Below, one piece after another: positions 20,448-29,945 of a DNA stretch of 64,000 bases (position 1 is the stretch's first letter; each line of letters begins with the position of its first letter). The DNA comes from an uncultured Candidatus Saccharibacteria bacterium. Its GTDB lineage: Bacteria > Patescibacteriota > UBA1384 > JAMDBS01 > CAYSHH01. The notes beneath the pieces were generated by a model. It saw only the letters and a program-made list of their open reading frames with translations, did not search any database and was not told the DNA's origin. Both the position numbers and the translations under genes were made by a program. The DNA is taken from contig CAYSHH010000001.1 of assembly GCA_964430945.1 (NCBI GenBank), positions 6,473 through 70,472 of the forward strand, read 5' to 3'.

Positions 20448-21602
20448 TCATTTACTATTTTCAAGCGCTTCTACTGCTGATAATTTTTCACCAGCAAGAT
20501 AAACCAAAGATGCACCGCCACCAGTAGATACATGTGTCATCTTATCAACCATACCCATCTTATCAACCTCGGCAATTGTATCACCGCCGCAAACTATTTT
20601 TTCTTCTGCACCTGATTCGGCAATAGCCTCGATTACTGCTTTTGTGCCCATCGCATATTTGAAGTTACCAAGTGATGTTAACCCCATTGTACCATTCCAA
20701 AATACAGTTTTAGCCTTACGAATAACCCATTTATATTGATCCTGAGTGGTTTTGCCAATATCAACCGCCATACCACCTTTCCACACAAGATCTGTTGGTA
20801 GGTAAAACTTCCCAGCATCTTTTGAATAAATATCGCTCGCCACCGAAACGCTATCCTTGTCATATTTAGAAGCTTTCATGTCAATTTTCCTACTTACCAA
20901 AAATGTATTTGCCATCACTCCACCAAGAAGTATTTTGTCTGCTTTTTTTACCAGTTTTTTGAGTATTTTAATCTTATCGGATACTTTCGCACCGCCGATA
21001 ATAAGAACAAATGGCTTCGGCGGGTTCTTAAGAATTTTTTGGAATACCTTTATTTCTTTCTCAAACAAAAGTCCTGCGTATGATGGAACAAATTTAGTAA
21101 CAGCTACCATACTTGCATGTTTTCTATGCGCGTTACCAAAAGCATCATCGACATAAATATCTCCAAGATCAGCAAGTTTCTTAGCAAAAACAGAATCATT
21201 TTCTTCTTCCCTAGGATCAAAACGAAGATTTTCCATCATTACTATTTTTTCACTCAATCTGTATATTGGTAACGCAAATTTATTATCATATTCTCTTTTC
21301 AACTTACTAAGATTAATTCTGAGCTTTTTAGCCAAATCATTTGCAATAGGCTCTAGCGTTAAACCATGATTGCCCTTAATAACATCTTCAATCTTGGCAT
21401 TTTTTTGAACAATTGGTCTGCCCATATGAGAAAGTATGATAATCTCTTTAACCTTATTTTTAATAAGGTATTTTATTGTAGGAATAGTCGCTCTAATTTT
21501 TACGTCATCAATTATTTTTCCGTAAGCATCCAACGTAACATTATAGTCCACCCTAAGTATCACTCTTTTATCTTTGACTGAAATATCTTTTATGGTTTTC
21601 AT
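20448..21602 (-). CDS. pgk: Phosphoglycerate kinase
   Basis: 384 aa. N-terminal KRVILRVDYNVT and GRP motifs; C-terminal GGGASLVYLAGEKL. Confidence 0.95.
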   Translation of the reverse strand: MKTIKDISVKDKRVILRVDYNVTLDAYGKIIDDVKIRATIPTIKYLIKNKVKEIIILSHMGRPIVQKNAKIEDVIKGNHGLTLEPIANDLAKKLRINLSKLKREYDNKFALPIYRLSEKIVMMENLRFDPREEENDSVFAKKLADLGDIYVDDAFGNAHRKHASMVAVTKFVPSYAGLLFEKEIKVFQKILKNPPKPFVLIIGGAKVSDKIKILKKLVKKADKILLGGVMANTFLVSRKIDMKASKYDKDSVSVASDIYSKDAGKFYLPTDLVWKGGMAVDIGKTTQDQYKWVIRKAKTVFWNGTMGLTSLGNFKYAMGTKAVIEAIAESGAEEKIVCGGDTIAEVDKMGMVDKMTHVSTGGGASLVYLAGEKLSAVEALENSK

Positions 21603-21693
21603 AATTCAAAATATAATTATATGATTTATTTAATTTTATCCAACTTTAAGCTAAAATAAAAGTATAGACCTAAAATAAACTTAAGGAGGATTT

Positions 21694-22641
21694 TTGGCCG
21701 ATAGTAGATGTATCCCTCATAATAAGATCATAAGTTATCTAAAATCTTTACTAAAAGACTATATTGTTTATTATCCAATAAAACCCCAAAAAGAAATTAT
21801 TTTTACAAATGACCCCAATCGAGCTGATGAATTTTATTGGGGACTCTCTCACATACCCCCCAAACAATTTTTTATCCCACAAAAAGAAGAACTTCTTAGA
21901 TACAAAAATAATCAACCTTCTGTCCCATCAATAAATACATCTAAAAAAATAATTTTTGGTTTACATCCATACGACATAAAAGCTATCGCCATTTTAGACA
22001 AAATATTCTTTGAAAAACGTCCTGATTTTTATTATCAAAGAAGAAGAAATAATTTTCTTATTATTGGTATGGGTGATAACGAATTTGAAAGCTATTTTGA
22101 GCCTGATATATTTCTCAATACTAATGCGGACACATATGAAGTAATTTTAAAAAATCCAGTTGCCAAACCCCTACTTGATTATAAAAATATTTTTCGAAAA
22201 TCAGTATTCGAACCCGATAATAAATACTATAAAGAAGAACCGCTTTTTTCCAATATCAAAGAACTCTCCCAATCTGTTGAAAAATCGCATACATCAAAAA
22301 TTTGGGACGAACTCGCTAAAATTGATCTTGGGTGTGGCATTTGTTCTTATACTTGCCCACTATGCTATTGTTTTGATCTGGACAACGAACTTTGTTTGGA
22401 AAATAATTGTGATGCCAAAAAATATCGCTCCCACTCAAGTTGCTACCACAAAGATTTTGCCGAAACATCATCCATAAATTTTCACGGCAGGCTTAGAGAG
22501 AGAATTTATGATTGGTACCATCATAAATTTGTCCGCATGCCCAGAGAAATTGGACATGTTGGATGTGTTGATTGCGGTAGATGTATTAAATACTGCCCTG
22601 CGAAAATTAATTTTAAAAACGTCCTTAAAAGTTTACAATGA
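21694..22641 (+). CDS. hydB: NiFe hydrogenase group 3b (sulfhydrogenase-type) beta subunit, Fe-S protein
   Basis: 315 aa, TTG start 7 nt after AAGGAGGA. Cys clusters CGICSYTCPLCYC and CVDCGRCIKYCP. First gene of a four-gene operon with translationally coupled ATGA overlaps. Confidence 0.75.
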   Translation: MADSRCIPHNKIISYLKSLLKDYIVYYPIKPQKEIIFTNDPNRADEFYWGLSHIPPKQFFIPQKEELLRYKNNQPSVPSINTSKKIIFGLHPYDIKAIAILDKIFFEKRPDFYYQRRRNNFLIIGMGDNEFESYFEPDIFLNTNADTYEVILKNPVAKPLLDYKNIFRKSVFEPDNKYYKEEPLFSNIKELSQSVEKSHTSKIWDELAKIDLGCGICSYTCPLCYCFDLDNELCLENNCDAKKYRSHSSCYHKDFAETSSINFHGRLRERIYDWYHHKFVRMPREIGHVGCVDCGRCIKYCPAKINFKNVLKSLQ

Positions 22642-23444
22642 TAAATATGAATAAATACCATCAAACAAAGATTAAAATAAAAAATATTACCAAGATTCAA
22701 GATAATCTTAGAATATTTACATTCACACCAGGTCACAATACTTTCATACCTGGGCAATTTTTTATGCTCGATATTCCCGGTTTCTCTGAAGCGCCTTTTA
22801 CCCCTACTAATTTTCCAAATACATCAAGCATTGAATTTCTTATTCAAAAAAAAGATAAAGGATTATTCACTGATAAGTTATTCTCACTTAAAATTAGTGA
22901 CACTATTCTTGCAAGAGGACCGTATGGAAATGGGTTTGACCTTCAAAAGTTAAAAGGAAAAAATGTTGCGCTTATTGCTGGTGGATGCGGTTTAGCTCCG
23001 ATAAAATCAGCCATGGAATATTTGTATCGCAAAAGTTCATACTATGGCCAGATCCAATTATTTTATGGCGTAAATACTATTCGAGATTTTGCTTACAAAA
23101 AAGATATTTTATCAAAAAGTGATAAAATTGAAATAATATACACAGTTGCCAAATCTGACAAAAGCTATCGTGGAAATATTGGTTTCGTTGATAAACTTAT
23201 CGACAAAAATACTATCAAAAAAAATTCAGTAGCTATACTTTGTGGACCAGAAATCATGTATAGGGGAGTTATTGAAAAACTAATATCCTTAGGTTTAAAT
23301 CCAGAGGATATTTATCTTCAATATGAACGTAGAATGCATTGTGGTACTGGTACCTGTCAACACTGTGTTTGTGGCGACAAATATGTTTGCCTTGACGGCC
23401 CAGTTTTTACCTATAAGCAAATATTAAAAATGGATATAAAATGA
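22638..23444 (+). CDS. hydG: NiFe hydrogenase group 3b gamma subunit (FAD/NAD(P)-binding oxidoreductase with C-terminal 2Fe-2S)
   Basis: 268 aa, ferredoxin-NADP reductase-like fold (GPYG, LIAGGCGLAPI); C-terminal CGTGTCQHCVCGDKYVCLDGP cluster motif. Confidence 0.8.
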   Translation: MINMNKYHQTKIKIKNITKIQDNLRIFTFTPGHNTFIPGQFFMLDIPGFSEAPFTPTNFPNTSSIEFLIQKKDKGLFTDKLFSLKISDTILARGPYGNGFDLQKLKGKNVALIAGGCGLAPIKSAMEYLYRKSSYYGQIQLFYGVNTIRDFAYKKDILSKSDKIEIIYTVAKSDKSYRGNIGFVDKLIDKNTIKKNSVAILCGPEIMYRGVIEKLISLGLNPEDIYLQYERRMHCGTGTCQHCVCGDKYVCLDGPVFTYKQILKMDIK

Positions 23445-24229
23445 AACCTAAAAAAACTTTAGCCATTTTCGATTTAACTGACTGTGAAGGATGTGAAGTT
23501 GAATTCTTATCACTAAGAAGATCCAAAGATTTTGCATTTCTCGAAAAACATTTTAATATTAAAAATTGGAGACTTCTTACTGCTCACGAGAAATCTGGAT
23601 TTTTTGATGTCGCATTCATTGAAGGATCGCCAGTAACACTTAATGAAATTCATCTTTTAAAGAAAATACGCGCCAACTCCAAGACAGTAATCGCTCTTGG
23701 AGCATGTGCTTCTATTGGCGGAATACCTGCAATATTAAGTGAAAACAAAAGACAAAAACTTGTCAGATATGTTTATGGTAAAAGATACAAGGCTAAAGCA
23801 CTAAACGCCAAACCAATAACAAAATATATCGATGTCGATTACCATCTTTCTGGATGTCCAATAAGTCCACATGAACTTAAACAATTACTCATTGATATTG
23901 CATATGACAAACAGCTAAAAGAAAATCCTAATTCTGTTTGTTATGACTGTAAAGCAAAAGGAAATGAATGCTTACTAATTCAAGGAAAACCCTGTCTTGG
24001 TCCAATTACCAAGGGTGGATGTGGAGCAATTTGTCCAGAAAATGGTCAACATTGTTATGGATGCTGGGGACTAAAAAAAGATGCTAACTTTCCTGCAATG
24101 ATCATTACTCTAAAAAAACATGGATTCAAAAAATCTGAAATCAAAAAAATTATGGATATCTTTCTCGAAGAGTCAGATGGCTATCAAAAATATCTTAGAA
24201 ACAAAACAAAAATTCAAATTAAAATATAA
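23441..24229 (+). CDS. hydD: NiFe hydrogenase small (delta) subunit
   Basis: 262 aa. CEGCEV and GACASIGGIPA motifs of the small-subunit proximal cluster; further Cys ligands in the C-terminal half. Confidence 0.8.
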   Translation: MKPKKTLAIFDLTDCEGCEVEFLSLRRSKDFAFLEKHFNIKNWRLLTAHEKSGFFDVAFIEGSPVTLNEIHLLKKIRANSKTVIALGACASIGGIPAILSENKRQKLVRYVYGKRYKAKALNAKPITKYIDVDYHLSGCPISPHELKQLLIDIAYDKQLKENPNSVCYDCKAKGNECLLIQGKPCLGPITKGGCGAICPENGQHCYGCWGLKKDANFPAMIITLKKHGFKKSEIKKIMDIFLEESDGYQKYLRNKTKIQIKI

Positions 24230-24342
24230 ATTAATATGTACGACATCCCTCAAATCTCTTTCCGCAGATATACACAAATAGATATTGAGTAATCTGTAAT
24301 ATCCGTGAAAAAAAGATTAGTGGGAAAAAGTCAACTTAAATT

Positions 24343-25599
24343 ATGATTAAACAATACATTGCCAAAATAGAAGGACATGGAACGCTTAACATTGATTTTA
24401 ACAAAGACAAGGTCAAGCTCAGCATTGAAGAAGGAGAACGCCTCATAGAAGGGATCATGCTTGATAGACCTTACTACGACGCCCCATTCATCACTTCTCG
24501 CATTTGCGGAGTATGTCCCATTGCTCACAACACTGCATCACTTCTTGCTCTTGAGAATGCGTTTAAAATAAAAATTGATCGTACTACCCAAAGACTAAGA
24601 GACCTCATGATTTGCACTCAAATGATTCAAAGTCATGCTTTGCATTTATATTTTTTATCTTTAAGCGATTACCTTAATACAGATTCCACTCTGGCTCTTG
24701 CCGATTCAAACCCAAAAATATTTGCCGATGCACTCCAAATAAAAAAAGTTTCCGATCACTTGGCAGATGCCTCTGCGGGTAGAAACGTCCATCCAATATC
24801 ACCAACGATTGGCGGGTTTTTAAAAATTCCGACTAAAACAACATTGCAGAAATTACTAAATGAATTAAATACTGCCGAAGAAGCAATATTAAATACTGTT
24901 AAACTTTTTAGTAAACTTAATTATCCAGAATTATCAAACACCACTAAATATCTAGCCTTATCATCCACGCGTGATTACCCAACAATCTCCGAAACAGTAG
25001 AATCTAGCTCTGGAGAAGTTTTTGTAAAAAGAAATTATGAAAAAAATATCATAGAAAAAGTACGCCTCAGTTCCCCAACAAAATATGCAACTTACAAAGG
25101 TAGTCCATTTATGCTCGGGGCATTATCTCGTCTTTCTATAAATCCAAATCACCTCAACAAATTTTCCAAAGATTTATATTCGCGATATAAAACCAATCTT
25201 GGTAATTTCCCAGCCTACAATAGTTTCCATAATAATTTTGCCCAAGCTATAGAGATTGCCCACTTTTATGAAAAAGCCAAAATGATAATCGGTAAACTGT
25301 TGAATGACAAATCTTATAAATTTAAGAAACCACCGGTCATCAAACCCAGACAGGCAAAAGTATATGGTTTAGTAGAAGCTCCCAGGGGAATTCTATATCA
25401 TTATTATGAAATCACCAATGGTGGAAAAATTAAAAATTGTAATATTATCACCCCCACAGCCCAATCACTCACAAATCTTGAAAAAGATTGCCAAGCACTT
25501 ATAAAACAAACAAACAATTTATCAAATAAAGAACGTACTCGCCTTATCGAAATGCTCATTCGCGCCTATGATCCGTGTATTACATGCTCTGTGCACTAA
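24343..25599 (+). CDS. hydA: NiFe hydrogenase large (alpha) subunit
   Basis: 418 aa. N-terminal Ni-Fe ligand motif RICGVCPIAHN and C-terminal motif DPCITCSVH. ORF stops immediately after the His, so there is no C-terminal extension. Confidence 0.85.
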   Translation: MIKQYIAKIEGHGTLNIDFNKDKVKLSIEEGERLIEGIMLDRPYYDAPFITSRICGVCPIAHNTASLLALENAFKIKIDRTTQRLRDLMICTQMIQSHALHLYFLSLSDYLNTDSTLALADSNPKIFADALQIKKVSDHLADASAGRNVHPISPTIGGFLKIPTKTTLQKLLNELNTAEEAILNTVKLFSKLNYPELSNTTKYLALSSTRDYPTISETVESSSGEVFVKRNYEKNIIEKVRLSSPTKYATYKGSPFMLGALSRLSINPNHLNKFSKDLYSRYKTNLGNFPAYNSFHNNFAQAIEIAHFYEKAKMIIGKLLNDKSYKFKKPPVIKPRQAKVYGLVEAPRGILYHYYEITNGGKIKNCNIITPTAQSLTNLEKDCQALIKQTNNLSNKERTRLIEMLIRAYDPCITCSVH

Positions 25600-25608
25600 A
25601 AAACTCGC

Positions 25609-26319
25609 TTAAGATCTAAGCGAGTTATAAAAACGAAAATTTCTTTCATATATCCCATTTAAGAATTGGTAGTCAATTTCTAGACTCTTGCGAGCCATAG
25701 TATTAAAGTCATCAAATATCTCATCTTGTGAGCTCAATAGCTCGGCAATAATTGTTTGATTTTCTTCAGTCGTATAGTCCAGAGATTCTACGACAACTCC
25801 AAAGTGCACCAGATGCACTATTTGTCTGTTTGGGTCCCTGGAATAATATAAATTTTTCAATAAAAGATTATTATATCTCTTTGAAAACAATTTCAGTCGA
25901 GTATGATCACTAACATCGACTATCGCTGGTTTGATAATATGAGAAATCAGAAACTCATCTAGGCTAAATTTTTCATGCCAAAAATCAGTCTGACCTCCAT
26001 ATATATACATCTCTTTCATCGCCTCAAGATGTACTTCGTCTGCAAAAGCCATGATAACATCTTTTTTTGTGATCGATTTACCACTGCTTTCTGAAAATGC
26101 TTTATAGCAACCGATAGTACAACTACCGGTTTTTATTTGCTCATATGTATCAGCTAAAGTAGCCGGTGCATCCATTTCTAAGAAACGAGAGCAATTTTGT
26201 AAAACATTTTTATGATAAACACAACTCAACCAGATCCTCTGGAACAATTTCAATGCCTCTTCTGTAAATTTAAATTCACGAAAATCAGGTAAATTAAACA
26301 AATAAATCAGCCTCCTCAA
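25609..26319 (-). CDS. Hypothetical protein, last gene of hypC operon
   Basis: 236 aa. Start overlaps the stop of the upstream gene by 4 nt (ATGA). Conserved Cys/His scattered; no assignable domain. Confidence 0.5.
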   Translation of the reverse strand: MRRLIYLFNLPDFREFKFTEEALKLFQRIWLSCVYHKNVLQNCSRFLEMDAPATLADTYEQIKTGSCTIGCYKAFSESSGKSITKKDVIMAFADEVHLEAMKEMYIYGGQTDFWHEKFSLDEFLISHIIKPAIVDVSDHTRLKLFSKRYNNLLLKNLYYSRDPNRQIVHLVHFGVVVESLDYTTEENQTIIAELLSSQDEIFDDFNTMARKSLEIDYQFLNGIYERNFRFYNSLRS

Positions 26320-27023
26320 ACAATCGCGTTAATTATACCTAGATGGTATCTATTCCATCTTTCTAAGTTTTTAATTTGCGTATCTGTAATCTTATCACAT
26401 ATCCAATCCCAATGAAACGATACATTATCACCAATAAAATATTTATCCAATCCAGTCGTCCTTACATTCCTAATCTCTTCACTACCAATAAGCATTTTAT
26501 TCTTAAAAACAATAGGATTATATTTTACTTTAATCACATCACTTTTTGTTTCAATCACTGTTCCTGGAAGTATTAGACAATTGTTTACGTGATCCATTAT
26601 CTTTCTATTTTTATTTTTCTTAGCAAACAATGATAGTACATGAAAACTATGATGTGGCTTTGCACCATATCCGTGCGATTCTCCAAATACTATATCCAGC
26701 GCATGTCTATCCCACTGTCCTTTATACTGATCTCTCAAATATTGATAGTAATTATTTATCGAAACGTTGGCCAAAAGTTCATTTCCTATCCAATAGGCTT
26801 CAACTACCTTCTTGGAAAATGGATCTAATATTTTATTTGCTCGGGCAATATATAAAAGATTTGGATATGCACCATCAAATTTTGTAAGTAGTTCTATGAG
26901 GCCTTGATCAACTTTCTCATGTAAAAAATAATCAAAAATAGCCCTATTATTACTAGGACCACAATATCTAAGCTTATTTGGAGGATAAGCATACTTTATA
27001 AAATCAAGCGCTCCATTTTGCAT
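26316..27023 (-). CDS. Hypothetical protein, middle gene of hypC operon
   Basis: 235 aa, 19 nt downstream of hypC; no assignable domain. Confidence 0.5.
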   Translation of the reverse strand: MQNGALDFIKYAYPPNKLRYCGPSNNRAIFDYFLHEKVDQGLIELLTKFDGAYPNLLYIARANKILDPFSKKVVEAYWIGNELLANVSINNYYQYLRDQYKGQWDRHALDIVFGESHGYGAKPHHSFHVLSLFAKKNKNRKIMDHVNNCLILPGTVIETKSDVIKVKYNPIVFKNKMLIGSEEIRNVRTTGLDKYFIGDNVSFHWDWICDKITDTQIKNLERWNRYHLGIINAIV

Positions 27024-27042
27024 ATCCCAATTGTATCATATG

Positions 27043-27303
27043 CTAATGACTGTGTGAGCAAGCATGTGAGTGAGTATGTCCATGACGATGATCATGTGGA
27101 CATTGTTTGATAAGAGAAAATATATTGTCTGCTTCTTTTTTGGTTATCTTATTTATAGCCAAATCTCCATGTACCAAAAGCCAATCACCCTTTTTTACGC
27201 TAGGTACTAAAGAAATATCTATCTTTTTATCATCTTCGATTAATACTTTTGACTTTTCGTCTTTAACTTTTAATTTTACCTGTACTGGCGTCGCCATACA
27301 CAT
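27043..27303 (-). CDS. hypC: Hydrogenase maturation factor HypC/HupF family with His-rich C-terminal tail
   Basis: 86 aa. N-terminal MCMATP (HypC signature MC[LM]A[IV]P with essential Cys2); core ..GDWLLVHGDLAI; C-terminal tail CPHDHRHGHTHSHACSHSH. Confidence 0.75.
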   Translation of the reverse strand: MCMATPVQVKLKVKDEKSKVLIEDDKKIDISLVPSVKKGDWLLVHGDLAINKITKKEADNIFSLIKQCPHDHRHGHTHSHACSHSH

Positions 27304-27342
27304 AAATCACTCCTTTACCATATAGCTAGTTTCAAATATTTT

Positions 27343-28347
27343 CTACAATTTATGATTTACAATCTTTTCCGCCAACTCAACAAGTCTATTCGCATAACCC
27401 CATTCATTGTCATACCACGCCACTACCTTCACCATATCACCGTCAACAACTTTTGTAAGACTTAGATCTACTATTGATGAAAAATTATTACCGATAACGT
27501 CTGAAGACACGATTGGATCAGTTGTACACATAACTACATTTTTATATTCTAAATTATCACATGCTTTTACGAGAATACTATTTACTTCCCCTTCTGTTAC
27601 TTTCTTCTCAAGAAGGAAAGTAAAATCAGCTAATGATCCACAAGCAACAGGAACCCTGATAGCCATACCATCAAATTTTCCCTTAAGACCAGGTATTGTT
27701 TCCGTTGTCGCTTGAGCAGCACCAGTCGTAGTAGGAATGATATTCTCCCCAGCTGTTCTTCCACGTCTAGCATCTTTGTGCGGCCCATCAACCAAGCTCT
27801 GATCAGCAGTATAGGCATGCACCGTACTCATCATGGCCTTTTTAACTCCAAAAGCATCATTGATAATCTTAGCTACAGGTGCAATACAGTTTGTAGTACA
27901 ACTAGCGTTATTTATTATCTCATCGTTCTTGTATTCATTATCATTAACCCCAATTACATAAGTTTTCGTTACTTTGTCTTTTGCAGGTGCCGATATAATC
28001 ACTTTTTTTGCACCAGCAGATATATGAGCCTTTGCATCTTTTGTAGTTCTAAATATTCCAGTACACTCAAGCACAACATCTATTTCAAGTTCTTCCCATG
28101 GTAATTTATAAGGATCTTTCTCGGAAAGATACTCTATCTTTTTATTTGACACGATTATTTCTCTATCGCCAACGTCGACTGGTTCACTATATCCGCCATA
28201 AACACTATCATATTTAAGAAGATAAGCCATATTTTCTATATCACCCAAATCATTTATTGCCACCACATCAATACCTCGCTCAAGTGCAATTTTTAAAGCA
28301 GCCCTTCCTATTCGACCAAAACCATTGATTGCAATTTTCATATTCAC
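27343..28347 (-). CDS. gap: Glyceraldehyde-3-phosphate dehydrogenase
   Basis: 334 aa. NGFGRIGR NAD-binding motif and active-site ASCTTNCIAP. Confidence 0.95.
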   Translation of the reverse strand: MNMKIAINGFGRIGRAALKIALERGIDVVAINDLGDIENMAYLLKYDSVYGGYSEPVDVGDREIIVSNKKIEYLSEKDPYKLPWEELEIDVVLECTGIFRTTKDAKAHISAGAKKVIISAPAKDKVTKTYVIGVNDNEYKNDEIINNASCTTNCIAPVAKIINDAFGVKKAMMSTVHAYTADQSLVDGPHKDARRGRTAGENIIPTTTGAAQATTETIPGLKGKFDGMAIRVPVACGSLADFTFLLEKKVTEGEVNSILVKACDNLEYKNVVMCTTDPIVSSDVIGNNFSSIVDLSLTKVVDGDMVKVVAWYDNEWGYANRLVELAEKIVNHKL

Positions 28348-29084
28348 CCCTTTAAATTATCATATATTTTATTAAAGTTATTTACATCTAAACTTGAACT
28401 ACCTACCAAAAAACCATTGATGCTTGTTTCGTCTAAAAATGATTTTATGTTTTGACTATTGATACTTCCTCCATATAGAAATCTAATCTTGTGAGTTACT
28501 AGTCTATTATAAATCACAGCCAATCTCTCATGTGCTGATTCTATCATTTCTCTTGCATGAGATGCGCTAGATACTTCACCAGTACCAATAGCCCAAACCG
28601 GCTCATAGGCAAAAACAACTTTTTTAATTTCATGGCTAGATAATCCTTGAATCGATTTAGCTACTTGGGCAAGAGTATGATCTATACCTTCTTCTTTTGT
28701 TTCCTCGCCAAAACAAATAATTGGTCTCAAATTGTTTTTTATTGCCATTTTAACTTTAAGATGAACTGCTTCATTTGTTTCATGGAAAAAACGTTTTCTT
28801 TCCGAATGTCCAAGTATTACATATTTAGCAAATTGTCGCACCATTGGAGCAGAAACTTCACCAGTAATAGCACCTCGCTCAAGATAATGAATATTTTGAG
28901 CACCGATTTCGATATGTGAGTTTTTTAATTTCTTGTATGTACTTTCAAGCCATATTGACGGAGGACAAACAACAATTTTAACATCATCATTTTTCTTAAG
29001 ATGATTTTTATAAAAATCTAAAAAATCCATCGCTTCGCGATATGTAGTATTCATTTTCCAATTAGCGACTAAAAGTTTCCGCAT
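28344..29084 (-). CDS. tpiA: Triosephosphate isomerase
   Basis: 246 aa. AYEPVWAIGTG active-site motif; overlaps gap by 4 nt. Confidence 0.95.
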   Translation of the reverse strand: MRKLLVANWKMNTTYREAMDFLDFYKNHLKKNDDVKIVVCPPSIWLESTYKKLKNSHIEIGAQNIHYLERGAITGEVSAPMVRQFAKYVILGHSERKRFFHETNEAVHLKVKMAIKNNLRPIICFGEETKEEGIDHTLAQVAKSIQGLSSHEIKKVVFAYEPVWAIGTGEVSSASHAREMIESAHERLAVIYNRLVTHKIRFLYGGSINSQNIKSFLDETSINGFLVGSSSLDVNNFNKIYDNLKG

Positions 29085-29127
29085 TTAACCCTCCATCTCT
29101 CTTTACAGAAAGAAAATATTTATAAGA

Positions 29128-29931
29128 TTATTTCCCAGCTTGTTTTTTTTGATTATTTACTTCATTCTCAACATAAGCGTTCATTGTCACCATGTCTTTA
29201 TAATCAAACCCCTTATATCCACCAAGAATTTCTAATGGCACTGCAAAAACGACAGTATTGGACTGATCGCTTGAAAGATCATTTATTGACTGCAAAGTTC
29301 TTAAATGCAACGCTCCAGGTGAGTTTGACAACATCCTTGCAGCTTTCGACATGTTTTCAGCTGATGCAACTTCTCCTTCGGCTTTAATAATCACTGCTCT
29401 TCTTTCACGCTCTGCCTCAGCTTCCTTGCCAATAGTTCTTTTTAATTGTTCTGGAAGTTCAACATGCTTAAGTTCTACTGATTCTACTTTTATGCCCCAC
29501 GGATCAGTTGCCTTATCTACAATCTCACGAATTCTTTTTGATACATCGTCACGATTTGAAAGCAGCTCATCTAAAGTTACTTCTCCGACTACATCTCTCA
29601 TTGTAGTCTGAGCAAGTTGAGATACTGCAAAATCAAAATATTCGACTTCTATTATTGCCTTCGCTGCATCAGAAACTTTAAAATAAAGTACTGCATTAAC
29701 TTTCAAAGATACGTTATCTTTAGTAATCGCATCTTGATCTGGTACATCTACCGCTTTAGTTCGTATATCAACTTTTTGCATACTTTGAAAAACTGGTAAT
29801 ATCACATGCCACCCAGGCTGAACAATCTTAGTAAAACGTCCAAAAGTGAATAATACGCCTCTTTGATACTGATTGATCTGTCGTATAAATGAAAAGATCA
29901 GAATTATAAATATTATTAAGATAATATACAT
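29128..29931 (-). CDS. SPFH/band-7 (stomatin/prohibitin-like) membrane protein
   Basis: 267 aa. N-terminal TM helix followed by an SPFH domain (QYQRGVLFTFGRFTKIVQPGWHVILP...); coiled-coil, charged C-terminal region. Confidence 0.8.
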   Translation of the reverse strand: MYIILIIFIILIFSFIRQINQYQRGVLFTFGRFTKIVQPGWHVILPVFQSMQKVDIRTKAVDVPDQDAITKDNVSLKVNAVLYFKVSDAAKAIIEVEYFDFAVSQLAQTTMRDVVGEVTLDELLSNRDDVSKRIREIVDKATDPWGIKVESVELKHVELPEQLKRTIGKEAEAERERRAVIIKAEGEVASAENMSKAARMLSNSPGALHLRTLQSINDLSSDQSNTVVFAVPLEILGGYKGFDYKDMVTMNAYVENEVNNQKKQAGK

Positions 29932-29945
29932 AAATCAACCTCTTT

